From: an uncultured Acidobacteriota bacterium
GTDB lineage: Bacteria; Acidobacteriota; Terriglobia; Terriglobales; Acidobacteriaceae
DNA: 64,000 nt
Direction of reading: 5' to 3'
Assembly: GCA_963815925.1 (NCBI GenBank)
Contig: CAWFIV010000007.1
Coordinates: 43,313 to 107,312, forward strand
The translations under genes were made by a program, and so were the position numbers. This document shows, in pieces, positions 37,910 to 47,855 of the stretch. The notes beneath the pieces were generated by a model, which worked only from the letters and a program-made list of their open reading frames with translations, ran no database searches and was not told the origin of the DNA. Positions within the stretch are counted from its first letter, which is position 1; each line of letters starts with the position of its first letter.

Positions 37910-39973
37910 CTACTTCGTAATTCCGCGGAATTCTTCGTCCATCCACAGCTTGAAGGCGTCCAGGTTCTGCGGGCGCCCGAGGAAGCCGCTGATCAGTTCC
38001 GTGCCAGGCTTGGAGCCTCCGGGTTCCAAAACCGTTTTGCGGTAACGCATCGCAGCTTCTCCGCCCAGCAGGTTGTTCTTGTCGAACTGGCTAAAGAAAT
38101 CCACGGCGATGACTTTGTCGAGCACGTAGGTGTAGTAGTTCGAGGTATAGCCCATCAGGTGGCCGAAGCTGGCGTAGAAGCGATTGCCGTCCACGAACGG
38201 GTACGGATAGAAACGCGTGTAATCGGCGCGGAGCATGGCATCGAGATCGATGGCGTCGGGTGCACGCTCGTGGACATCGAGCGAGTAAGTCGAGTAGAAA
38301 AGTTGGCCCTGCACCCAACTGGCTCGGCCGAAGGCGCTGGCGCGGTTCATGCGATCAATTAGGTCGACGGGAAGCACTTCGTTAGTCTGGTAGTTTTTGG
38401 CAAACGAACGCAGGATGGTGGGATCGCGGAAGAATTCTTCCAGCATTTGCGATGGCGCTTCGACGAAGTCGGTCTCGGTGGAGAATCCGGTGATGCCGCT
38501 CCATTCCTGCTGTCCGCCGAGAATGTTGTGCATGAGATGGCCGAACTCATGGAAGAACGTGACAACATCGTCATACTGCATCAGGCCGGGATCGCCGGGC
38601 TTGCCTCCGGCGAAGTTGCAGATGAGCACGCCTTCGGGCAACTGGCGGCCTTTGATTCCGGGCACGACGGGGCTGGAGCTGAACCATTTGTCTTTGCCGT
38701 CGCGCGGGTGCATGTCGAGATAAACGCGCCCCACCAGTTTGCCTTCATCGAAAACGTTCCACGCGGACACGGACGGATCCCAGACAGGGGCAGCCGTTGC
38801 GGGTTTAAAAGAAAGATGAAAGAGCTTGGCCGCGGTGTCGAGCACTCCTTGTTGCACGCGATCATAAGTGAAGTAGGGCCGCACCGATTGAGAGTCGAAA
38901 TTAAAGGTAGTGCGCGCGTATTGATCGTCCCAATAGAAGCGGCCATAGGCGGGAATGGCAGCGAGGCCGGGCTGCTTCTGACGGGCGAACGCTAGCAGCA
39001 TGTCGTATTCGCGGCGCGATGCAGGGCGGGAGGCGACATCCACTTCGTTCAGAAACGCCTTCATGTTCGCCGCTGATCCGATCATCTGATCGGCCGTCGC
39101 GAGATCGGCGAAGCTGGCGTATCCGAGAATCCTGGCCATTTCGTAGCGGGACTTCAGCACGTCGAGCAGGACGTCCTTATTCACCGGGTAGGCTCGAGTG
39201 GTGTACGCCAGATACATCTTTTTGCGCAAGTCTTCACTGGTGGCGTACGTCATCACGGGCGTGTAATCGGTTTCATCCGTGGAAAGAATGATCGATCCGT
39301 CCGCCTCCGGCTTGTGGGAAGAGATGAAGTCGGCAGGCAGGCCGTCCAATTCGGCTGCGTTCTTGGCGACGATGTGATTGGGATGTTCCTGGATGTTGCG
39401 GCCGAAATTGAGCGCGGCCTCGGTGATGTGATCCTGGAGTTTCTTCACCTGGGCGCGGGTAGCAGCATCTTTATCGACGCCCGCGAGACGGTACTCGAGG
39501 AGCGTCCGTTCGATGTAGTGCTTGGTGGCGGGGTCTGCGCTCGAGATGTCGATTGCGGCGAGTGCCCGGTATACATCCTGATTCAAATAGAGGACGGTAT
39601 TGACCTGCTGGACCTGCTGGGCGAGGGCCTGGCCCGCGTCGCGAACTTCTTTCTGAGGCGCCACGGCGAACATGAGATACGCCTCGGAGCCAGCCAAGCC
39701 AAGTTCATTCTGGGCGTTGTCGAAGGGGCGCAGAGTGTTCTCGATCGTGCGTGGAGTTTTCGCTGCGAGCAATTCGTCGACGTACTTTTGTTCCTTGGCG
39801 ATGTGGTCGCCAACCCATTTTTCCGCGGAAGCGCGATTCAGGGTTCCAACCCAGATGTGAAGCGGATCGCTTTGGGCGAAGCCCCGCGAGTGCGCGGAAA
39901 CCAGAAACAAGCCAATCCACAGGCCCGTCAGAAACACACCGCGAAATGCCTGGGAACGATGAGAATGCGACAT
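37910..39973 (-). CDS. M3-family zinc metallopeptidase (oligopeptidase/dipeptidyl carboxypeptidase-like), secreted
   Basis: HEXXH in FFHEFGHLMH and a downstream EAPSQMLE glutamate motif. Start set at MSHSHRSQAFRGVFLTGLWIGLFLV. Confidence 0.9.
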   Translation of the reverse strand: MSHSHRSQAFRGVFLTGLWIGLFLVSAHSRGFAQSDPLHIWVGTLNRASAEKWVGDHIAKEQKYVDELLAAKTPRTIENTLRPFDNAQNELGLAGSEAYLMFAVAPQKEVRDAGQALAQQVQQVNTVLYLNQDVYRALAAIDISSADPATKHYIERTLLEYRLAGVDKDAATRAQVKKLQDHITEAALNFGRNIQEHPNHIVAKNAAELDGLPADFISSHKPEADGSIILSTDETDYTPVMTYATSEDLRKKMYLAYTTRAYPVNKDVLLDVLKSRYEMARILGYASFADLATADQMIGSAANMKAFLNEVDVASRPASRREYDMLLAFARQKQPGLAAIPAYGRFYWDDQYARTTFNFDSQSVRPYFTYDRVQQGVLDTAAKLFHLSFKPATAAPVWDPSVSAWNVFDEGKLVGRVYLDMHPRDGKDKWFSSSPVVPGIKGRQLPEGVLICNFAGGKPGDPGLMQYDDVVTFFHEFGHLMHNILGGQQEWSGITGFSTETDFVEAPSQMLEEFFRDPTILRSFAKNYQTNEVLPVDLIDRMNRASAFGRASWVQGQLFYSTYSLDVHERAPDAIDLDAMLRADYTRFYPYPFVDGNRFYASFGHLMGYTSNYYTYVLDKVIAVDFFSQFDKNNLLGGEAAMRYRKTVLEPGGSKPGTELISGFLGRPQNLDAFKLWMDEEFRGITK

Positions 39974-40105
39974 GAGGGCCTCCGCAAAAAAGTTAGACTC
40001 GCGAAACACAAATCGGTGAGTAGAGGATTATAGCGTTTCTAAGAGAAGGTTGAGGTGTTGCGGAGCAATCAAGCTGGAAGTGTTGTTGTTATTCCGGCGG
40101 TTCAG

Positions 40106-42166
40106 TCACCGCATTTCCAAAGAGACTACATCGCCGTTCGTCAATCCTCCGGGCTTGTAGTTCACCGTAACCTGGCGGTCGCGCCATTCGCAGGAGAAGT
40201 CATCGGCGCCGATCAGGACCAGCGATTTGTAATCGGGGGCGCGCAGCTTCAGCGTTGAGCCTCCGGAAGCGACGGTCAGAATCGCCGCAGGACTAGTCGA
40301 GCAGTCCACTGTGACGAGGCGGCCTTTGACGAACTTCGTGGGACGCGCGTCGGCCGTTGTAGTTGTGTTTTCGTCGGCGGCGCGCTTGGCGGCATCTTCT
40401 TCCAGCACATCGAATGGCGATTTCTGTGGCTCGAGTTTGGGTTGCGACACGTTGGCTGCGCCCAGCGGGATGCCGTATTTGCGCTCAGATCCGGCCTTCT
40501 CTTGCAATTCGCTTGCGAGTGTGGCGATGTCTGGATCGTCGCTGGTTTTCAGACGATCGAGCAGGACCTGCGCCGCGTCCCATTTCTTGCTGGCTACGTA
40601 AATCTGAGCCAGGTGGTAAGTGAAGAACTGATTGCGCGGGCTTAGGTTCATGGCAGCGCGCTCGGACTGCATGGCGGCGGGAGTGCTTCCGCCTTCATTA
40701 CGCGCCACCGCCAGCAGGTCGTAAGCGCCAGCCATTTCCGGATACCACTCGAGCACCGCCCTCAGATCCATCATCATGTTAGGGAGACCCTGCATGTCGG
40801 TGTGTTTGGACTGGGCAACGCGGTACTTCAGAATCGAGAGGTAATAACGGAGCCACATGTCGCGCTGATTGAGTGTTGCGGCGTCGGACAATTCGGTCGC
40901 AGCCTGGTCGAAGTCGCTGTGCTGGATTTCGTCCCAGGCTAGGACGCGATGGGCGAGCGGACTGCCGATGGCGTTGCTGGGAAGCTGGTCAGGATCCTCG
41001 GCGGGTCGTTTCTCCTGGTTCTTAGCTTCAAACTTCTTATCCGCGACGGTGGGCACGGTGGCCAATGCATGCAATTGTTGCAGGCCGGCGTCGCGGCGCT
41101 CGGGGATGCGAACTTCTACCTCAGCGTAGAGTGCGCGCTCGTCGTCCTCGGGCAAAGGCTTGGCGGTAATCACCGCATCGTCGGGACCGACGGGAGCAGC
41201 GAAGCGATAAACCTGGCCGGGGTTGGTGGCGCTAGCCTTGGAGTCGGTTTGCCGGGCGGCGTCGAGCGCAGTGAGTGCCCCGCTTTGCGAGTGGAAGTAC
41301 TCTTTCACCGCCTGTTCCAGTTGCGCCGAACTCATGCCGTAGGCCTGCTGGATGGCGTCTTCGACCGGGACATGCTGGTTAAGAGTGAGACCGAAGTAGG
41401 CTCCAGTTTCCGGCAGCTTCTTCTCGTGCAGAAGATAGTGCATGACGATCCACGACTCGGCTTCGAACAGAGCGTGACGCGTGTCTTGGTTGGGTGTCGA
41501 GGAATCGCGCTTCATGGTGAAGAGCTCGGGCAGCGGGAGCCAGGCCTGCGCGACGAGAACATCGGTGAGCGACTTGGGCGAACGAGCCTCGCGATGGTTG
41601 CCGCCGGGGTTTTCATTAACAGGTGGAAGCAATCCGGGGTCACCGCCGAGCTCGACCTGCTTGTCGTTGAGGCGAATCGAACTGAAATATTCGAGGAGGC
41701 CTTCGTCGAACCATGCCTGGGCAGGCGGGTAGTTGTAATTCAGCAGCATGGCCGCGAAGTCATGGGCGACGGCGCACCATGCGTCGTCTTCGGAAAGATT
41801 GAGTGCGATGAAATCCTGATCTTCGCCGGCAAGAAAGAATCCGGGGACGTCGATGGGCTGGCCGTTCTGTAGCGGCGCGAGCTGGTAGTAGGACTTGTCA
41901 TTGTTGAACGCGAGGATGGTGAGTGGCACTGACTGGTTGAGGCGATCTTTTCCCAGCAGTTGGGCAAAGACTGAACGCATCTGTTCGAAGCGCAGGGCAA
42001 CTTCGCGGCCTCGCTTGTCCCCGGCGTCGGTGATAACGGTGACGTGCGTCGAGTGGATTTCGAGCCAAGGCGGTTCGGCAGCTGGGGCCGAGGCGGGCAA
42101 CGCAAGACACAAACCAAGCGATACTGCCACGAAGAATGGAACGCGATTGCGGTTCAAGCCTGTCAT
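40106..42166 (-). CDS. large secreted hypothetical protein with helical-repeat (TPR-like) middle part and C-terminal beta domain
   Basis: Signal peptide (FFVAVSLGLCLALPASAPA). 686 aa with no catalytic motif I can defend. Confidence 0.6.
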   Translation of the reverse strand: MTGLNRNRVPFFVAVSLGLCLALPASAPAAEPPWLEIHSTHVTVITDAGDKRGREVALRFEQMRSVFAQLLGKDRLNQSVPLTILAFNNDKSYYQLAPLQNGQPIDVPGFFLAGEDQDFIALNLSEDDAWCAVAHDFAAMLLNYNYPPAQAWFDEGLLEYFSSIRLNDKQVELGGDPGLLPPVNENPGGNHREARSPKSLTDVLVAQAWLPLPELFTMKRDSSTPNQDTRHALFEAESWIVMHYLLHEKKLPETGAYFGLTLNQHVPVEDAIQQAYGMSSAQLEQAVKEYFHSQSGALTALDAARQTDSKASATNPGQVYRFAAPVGPDDAVITAKPLPEDDERALYAEVEVRIPERRDAGLQQLHALATVPTVADKKFEAKNQEKRPAEDPDQLPSNAIGSPLAHRVLAWDEIQHSDFDQAATELSDAATLNQRDMWLRYYLSILKYRVAQSKHTDMQGLPNMMMDLRAVLEWYPEMAGAYDLLAVARNEGGSTPAAMQSERAAMNLSPRNQFFTYHLAQIYVASKKWDAAQVLLDRLKTSDDPDIATLASELQEKAGSERKYGIPLGAANVSQPKLEPQKSPFDVLEEDAAKRAADENTTTTADARPTKFVKGRLVTVDCSTSPAAILTVASGGSTLKLRAPDYKSLVLIGADDFSCEWRDRQVTVNYKPGGLTNGDVVSLEMR

Positions 42167-42540
42167 AGGCCGCCACCAGACTACCTGATAAGGAAAGCGT
42201 AACAGAATCCAGTCGTGGTTTCAGCAGTCTGCGTGGCGCAGAATCGCCATTGTGGAGCAGAAAAAAGCGGCATGGGTTGCTCCCACGCCGCCCGGAAGAT
42301 TCTCGCTGTTTACGGCACCACGAAGTTCACGAGTGTCTTGCAGGGCGCGGACTTCTTCACCATCGAGAATTTTGGCTTGCCGTCGAATATTGTGCTAGGC
42401 AACGGGTTTGGATTTGTCAGTAAGACCGCGGAAACATCGCACGGTATCGCTGGAAAACTCGGGGTTTCAGCATACGCACGTGGAGAGCAAGATGAAGGTG
42501 GTCGGGCCCGTCGAATGAACACGGCGAACCGGATCAACCT

Positions 42541-43074
42541 CTACTGGTCAGCGCCGCGACGCAGGATTTGAACCTCCATCGGCTGCAGATTGACCCGCAC
42601 CACGTGGAGAGGGCCTTGTCCGGTCGAGCCATCCACTTCCTGCACCGTGGCTGCGCCCTGGGCGATGAATCGAACGGGTTGAGGTGCGGTCGCGCCCGCT
42701 TGATTACTGTACAAGATGTTAAACACGTCGCCGTCCGCGCTGAGCACGATCTCCACGATGACGTCGAGTTGCTGCGACTGCGCGGGGTTGGCGTTGGCCG
42801 CGACGAGAACTTCCTGATCGTTCAGAATCCGCGAGAAAGCGACCACCCCTTGAGGGAATCCAGAGACTCCGAACGTGACTCCGTCTCCAGAGAGCGGACG
42901 AAAATAGAAGCGTCCGTAACGCAGCGCAGACTGCTGCGCCCGCACGGCGGCGATCTGCTGGATGTGCTGGTAAAAAACGCTCTGCTCGCTAAAGCCGGGA
43001 CCTCCCCAGAGCGCTTCGCGTACCGCAGGATCGCTGCCGACGCCGGGAGAATCCCACCGGCAGTTCCACGGCGT
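42541..43074 (-). pseudogene. C-terminal fragment of a GH13 (alpha-amylase-family) protein, 5'-truncated
   Basis: The minus frame reads ...DSPGVGSDPAVREALWGGPGFSEQSVFYQHIQQIAAVRAQQSALRYGRFYFRP..., then a beta-sandwich C-domain. It is closed upstream by TGA at 43075-43077, and the catalytic barrel is absent. Confidence 0.65.
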
Positions 43075-43080
43075 TCATGA

Positions 43081-44629
43081 TTAACGGAACAATTCAAGAC
43101 GTTTATGTACGGGTCTTACATCATCGACCCGTCCAGCCGGCTCACCATGATGGCAAGCGCGTCCTACAGCGACTTTCGAGGTGCCCAATACGCCGGGCGT
43201 TGGCATCGGGAACGGCTCCCGGGGGCGATACCTTGCGCTCGCCATGACACCCGGCAACTGTTCCGCTCCGGGCACTTTCAATTCCGCCAACAACAACGAA
43301 AATCAAAACGAGCAGAATTATTACACGCGTCCTGACTTACCAGAAATCCGCCGGCGATTTGGACTTTCAGATCTCCGCCTTTGGCCGCGAGAGCGAACAG
43401 CATTTCACGCCGGACCCGATCGGCGACCTCTACCTCAACGGCGAGGCCAGCGAGGTGCATCGCTACCTTTACTCCGCCGGCTTGCAAGCCGACGCCAGTT
43501 ATCAATTGGGCGACTACCATACCATCCGCGCCGGCGGATCAGTTCCTGGCCGAGGGCGACTCAAAATAATACCTCCACCACCGTCTTCAACCTGGACGCC
43601 AGCGGCAATCCGACCGACCCTGGCAAATATCACGGACAACCATCCCCTCTACGGTCTGTTTGCCGGGCTGTATTTGCAGGATGAATGGAAAATCTTCCCC
43701 ACGCTCACCCTCAATGTCGGCGCGCGCTTCGACGTTTTCTCTTCCTCCTTTGACGACGAAAATCAACTCAGCCCGCGCGCCAATCTCATCTATAAACCGT
43801 TCAAATCGACCACGCTGCACGCCGGTTACTCGCGTTACTTCACCCCGCCGCCCGTGGAGGACGTCGGCGGCGGCAGCCTGGCGAAATTCGCCGGCACCTC
43901 CGGCGCCCCGGCCACGTTTCAGGACGATCCGGTCAAAGCCGAGCGCGCCAACTATTACGACGCCGGCATCACCCAGACCATTCTTCCCGGCTGGAACATG
44001 GGCTTGGACGGTTACTACAAAACCGCCCAGCAACCAACTCGATGACGGGTTGTTCGGGCAGACGCTTATTCTCTCGGCCTTCAACTATGAAAAAGGCCGG
44101 GTCTATGGGCTTGGAATTCACGACCTCTTACGAGAACGAACGGCTTCAGCGCCTATGCCAACGCCGCTTATTCCGTCGCCCAGGGCGAAAATTGGGACTC
44201 GGCGCAATTCCTGTTTGATCCGGCGCGACATGGCCTACGTCCAGAATCATTGGATTTATCTGGACCACGACCAGGCTTATAGCGGCACGGCCGGCGTTTC
44301 TTATCGTTACAACGAGTCGCGCACGACCAGCACCATGGGTTACATGGACGTGGTTGCCGGCAGCGGATTGCGGCAGGACGCGACGGCTGCCGATCGGCGC
44401 AGCAACCCATCCCCAACGGCGCGTCCGTTCCGGACTATTACTCGCTCAACGTCGGCGTGCGAACAAACCTTCAAAGTGGCGCACAAGCAATATTTGAAAG
44501 CCCGACTCGATGTCGTCAACGTGACCGACAACACTTATGAGTTGCGCAGCGGATCGGGCGTGGGCGTCAATGCCGCCGCAATATGGCGAGCGCCGCGGGA
44601 TTTTTGGTTCGTTGAGTTACTCGTTCTAA
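43081..44629 (+). pseudogene. TonB-dependent receptor, 5'-truncated, with at least 7 frame changes
   Basis: Barrel segments lie in alternating frames: YGSYIIDPSSRLTMMASASYSDF / EVPNTPGVGIGNG...NENQNEQNYYT / LTYQKSAGDLDFQISAFGRESEQHF / TDNHPLYGLFAGLYLQDEWKIFPTLTLNVGARFD...HAGYSRYFTPPP / ...PRGIFGSLSYSF-stop (terminal Phe). Confidence 0.8.
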
Positions 44630-44702
44630 CATATTGACGGAAGCCGGGCATATCCGAAAAACTGTCTTATGGCCGCTGCCGCCTATCAATTAAAGTCCGA
44701 AC

Positions 44703-45377
44703 TTGGCCCGGGTTTGTCTGCCCGCGCCGGAGCGCGACGCCTATCGGCGGCTGGCCTGGATCAATTCCATCTGCTTCTTTTTCCTGATCGTCGGCGTGTC
44801 CGGCGCGCGCTCCCGGTTGCCTGTTCCGAACCGTCCCGCCGCCGATCGAACAGCCGGTGCCGATCATCATCCAGCCGCTGCCGCCGACGCCGCCGCCCCG
44901 ACGGAAGCAAAACAAATGGAGCCGCAAAACGAGGACCAAAAGCGAAATCGCGCCGCGAGTCGTGGTGGTGACGCCGGATTCCCCGGCCATCAATTTTTCC
45001 GTGCCGACCATCGGCAATGTCGTTGTTCCCAATGCCGTCGCCCGCGCCCCGCCGGTCGCGCCGCTCAAGGCCGACCGCGCCGGTTCACCACGAGCCGACA
45101 GACCATCGGCAGCACAGGCGAAGGCGGAGACCGCCCCCAGCCGCCCTACCCGGAGATGGCCCTCAAATTCGGCCAGCAAGGCACGGTCGTGTTGTTGTTG
45201 ACAGTCGATGACAGTCGGCCTGGTGCAGTCCATCGATCAAGGAAACTTCCGGCTCGCCCATTCTGGACCGAAGCGCCGTCGAATTCGTCAAACGCCATTG
45301 GATTGCCGCCGCCCATGAGCGGCGGCCATGTTTTTCAAGCCACCATTTCTACCAGCTCAATGAACCGATTAGCATGA
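44703..45377 (+). pseudogene. tonB: TonB-like energy transducer, frameshifted
   Basis: TM anchor YRRLAWINSICFFFLIVGV. Pro-rich spacer IIIQPLPPTPPP in another frame. C-terminal domain PPYPEMALKFGQQGTVVLLLTVDD back in the first frame. Confidence 0.7.
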
Positions 45378-45437
45378 AGATTAAGATTAAGATTAGGAGC
45401 GGAAACACTCTTCTTTTCCTAATCTTAATCTTAATCT
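45378..45437. repeat. 21-bp perfect hairpin built from tandem AAGATT hexamers
   Basis: agattaagattaagattagga (45378-45398) pairs with tcctaatcttaatcttaatct (45417-45437). 18-nt loop. Starts directly after the tonB stop. Confidence 0.8.
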
Positions 45438-45468
45438 AATCCTAATCTCCCCTCTCCATTTACACTTT

Positions 45469-46136
45469 ATGATGGCAAATATTGTTTTTGATTTTTTTCT
45501 CAAAGGCGGCCCGGTCATGGTGGCCGATCCTCATTTGCGCGCTGGTCGCCGTGGCCGTGGTGGGCGAGCGCTCGTTTTGGTGGCTGCGCGAAGGCCGCCG
45601 CCGCGACCCCAAGAAACTGGAGCAAATCCTGGCCGCGCTGGAAAACGGCGACATCCCCGCCGCCATCCAAATCGCCGAAGGCTCGCACGACCCGGTCATC
45701 CGCATGATTCACCGCGGCATTGAACCACGTCCACACCTCCATGCAAGGCGCGTTGCAATTGGCCGCGGGCATCGAATTGGAACGCGCCGGGCGGTTTCTG
45801 ACCGTCATGGACACGCTGGTCACGCTGGCGCCGCTGCTCGGCCTGCTGGGGACCGTCACCGGCTTGATGCGCGCCTTCCTCAGCGTCGGCAGCGCGGAAT
45901 TGTCGGTCGTCGCGGTCACCGGCGGCATCGGCGAGGCGTTGATCGCCACGGCCTGCGGCCTGGGCATCGCCATTTTTTCGCTCATCCCGTTCAATTATTT
46001 CACCGGCCGGCTGGCCCGCCTGCAATTTGAACTGGAAGCCGCGGCCACCAACGTCGAAATGATGGTCGCGCCAATGCAGTGCGGAAGCCGTCAAATTGGA
46101 CCAAGCGCCGTACCGGCTCCCGTCGAATCGGCCTGA
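45469..46136 (+). pseudogene. exbB: MotA/TolQ/ExbB-family proton channel, two frame changes
   Basis: MMANIVFDFFLKGGPVM | WPILICALVAVAVVGERSFWW... | ...LTVMDTLVTLAPLLGLLGTVTGLMRAF...GGIGEALIATACGLGIAIFSLIPFNYF. Shifts near 45520 and 45715. Confidence 0.8.
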
Positions 46137-46140
46137 GCAA

Positions 46141-46565
46141 ATGAAGCTGTCCTCTCCAGTCAAGCGCCGCCATTCGCGCATCGAGATCATTCCGTTGATC
46201 GACATCATGTTCTTTCTGCTGGCCTCCTTCATGATGGTCAGCCTGCAAATGGACCGCACCCAAAACATCAAGGTCAATCTGCCCGCCGCCAGCATGGCCC
46301 GCGCCGATTACAAGCCGGACATGATCAACATCGCCGTGGACAAGGCCGGCGCCGTCTGGCTGGAGAAAAAGGAAATCACCCTGCCGGAATTGGACCAGGT
46401 CCTGAGCAACCGCTTCCGCGTCGACACCAATCTGCCGGTCTATATCAGCGGCGACGCCGCCACGCTGCACGGCTCGATGGTGCGATGTGCTGGAGGCCGT
46501 GCGCCGCGCCGGCGTGCAGAAAGTGGCCTTCATGGTCGACGGGCGCGCACCAACCAGGCCAGCCC
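46141..46565 (+). pseudogene. exbD: ExbD/TolR-family protein, frame change near the 3' end
   Basis: MKLSSPVKRRHSRIEIIPLIDIMFFLLASFMMVSLQM...NLPVYISGDAATLHGSMV, then DVLEAVRRAGVQKVAFMV in another frame. Confidence 0.75.
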
Positions 46566-46995
46566 ATGAAAATCCGCTCCCCCATTGCCCGCAAGCGCAC
46601 CCGCCTGGAGATCATTCCGCTGATTGACATCATGTTTTTTCTCCTCGCCTCCTTCATGATGGTCAGCCTGCAAATGCAAAAAGTCCGCACGCTCAAAGCC
46701 AGCCTGCCCACCGCCACCCTGGCCACCTCCACCAAGAAACCCGACATCATCAACCTCAAAGTCGATCGCGACGGCCAGGTTCGAATTGGACAAGCAAACT
46801 GCTGTCCTTCCCGCGAACTTGCTCACCGTCCTGTCCAACCGCCATCAGCTCAACACCAACGTTCCCGTCTATCTCAGCGGCAGCCGCGACGCCACGCACG
46901 GCGCGATGATGTATGTGCTGGATTTCGTCAAACGCGCCGGCATCCAGCACGTGGCCGTCGCCATCAAGGCCGATCCATCCCGCCCGGCCGAATAA
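46566..46995 (+). pseudogene. exbD: second ExbD/TolR-family protein, one frame change (~46780)
   Basis: MKIRSPIARKRTRLEIIPLIDIMFFLLASFMMVSLQM...IINLKVDRDGQV | ...VPVYLSGSRDATHGAMMYVLDFVKRAGIQHVAVAIKADPSRPAE-stop. Confidence 0.75.
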
Positions 46996-46997
46996 CC

Positions 46998-47543
46998 ATG
47001 AAAAATTTTCAACAAAACCTGTTCATCGTCCTGGCCCTCGGCCTGTGCGGCACTGTGCGCCTGGCAATGGTACTTGCAGACCGTCCAGCTCAACACCATC
47101 GAGAGACTCGAACCAGATCATTTATCAACAATCCGCCGACATCCAGGGCTACACCAACTCCATCAACGCATGGACGCCGAAATCGCCGGACTGCAGACCG
47201 CATCACCGAGCTCAAGCAAACCGCCATGAGCAACGACCATGGCCATCTCACCGAGAAACGCGAAGTCGCCCGCCTGCAATCCGCCGGCGACATCATGAGC
47301 AACGAGATCGTCCAATACAAGGCGCGTCGACAAATCTTCTGGAAGCCAAACTCAAAGAAGCCTACGACGGCATAAAGAAGCAAAACGACGCCATCGCAAA
47401 ACTGGTCGCCGAGCGCGACGAATTCGTCAGGCAAATTCAACGACAGCGTCAAGGCGCGAAACGAACTGGTGGAGAAATACAACGACCTGGTCCAACAAAT
47501 GAAAAAACTCCAGGACGCCGAAAATTCCAAAGGGAGCAAATAA
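46998..47543 (+). pseudogene. membrane-anchored coiled-coil protein, several frame changes
   Basis: MKNFQQNLFIVLALGLC..., then heptad-like segments in three frames (IIYQQSADIQGYTNSINA / ITELKQTAMSNDH / LLEAKLKEAYDGIKKQNDAIAKLVAERDEFVRQ / ELVEKYNDLVQQMKKLQDAENSKGSK-stop). Confidence 0.5.
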
Positions 47544-47660
47544 CCCCTTCCGATGACCAATAACAGATTCCCAATGACCAATTCTCAATCGAGAAGTCAG
47601 AAATCCCAAGGTGAATTGCTTCGCCAACAAGACTTACCCAAGAAAGTGAAATGCACCTGA

Positions 47661-47697
47661 GCAACGGTTTTGCAACGTTTTGCGACGTTTACCGTTT
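47661..47697 (+). repeat. tandem ~10-nt direct repeats (GCRACGTTTT x3.5)
   Basis: gcaacggtttt gcaacgtttt gcgacgttt accgttt. Located 160 nt upstream of the histidine-kinase start. Confidence 0.6.
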
Positions 47698-47855
47698 GAT
47701 TTCCCTGTGTTCGGGCTGTAAACTGCCGTGTTGTCGGGTGTCAAACGAAGCGAGGTGTCATTGCCGAACAAACCGCATTCGCATTTTGGCCTGGTTACGC
47801 TGGCTCTCGGGCCAGCGGCGCGGTTTCTCGTCTCTGAAATGGTTCCATCTTCCCC

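Noticed and set aside
42215-42540. Small ORFs between the 686-aa gene and the GH13 fragment (42310..42537 minus, 42215..42571 plus)
   Set aside because: No SD, no motifs, odd composition. Probably the untranslated leader or promoter region of the 40106..42166 gene.
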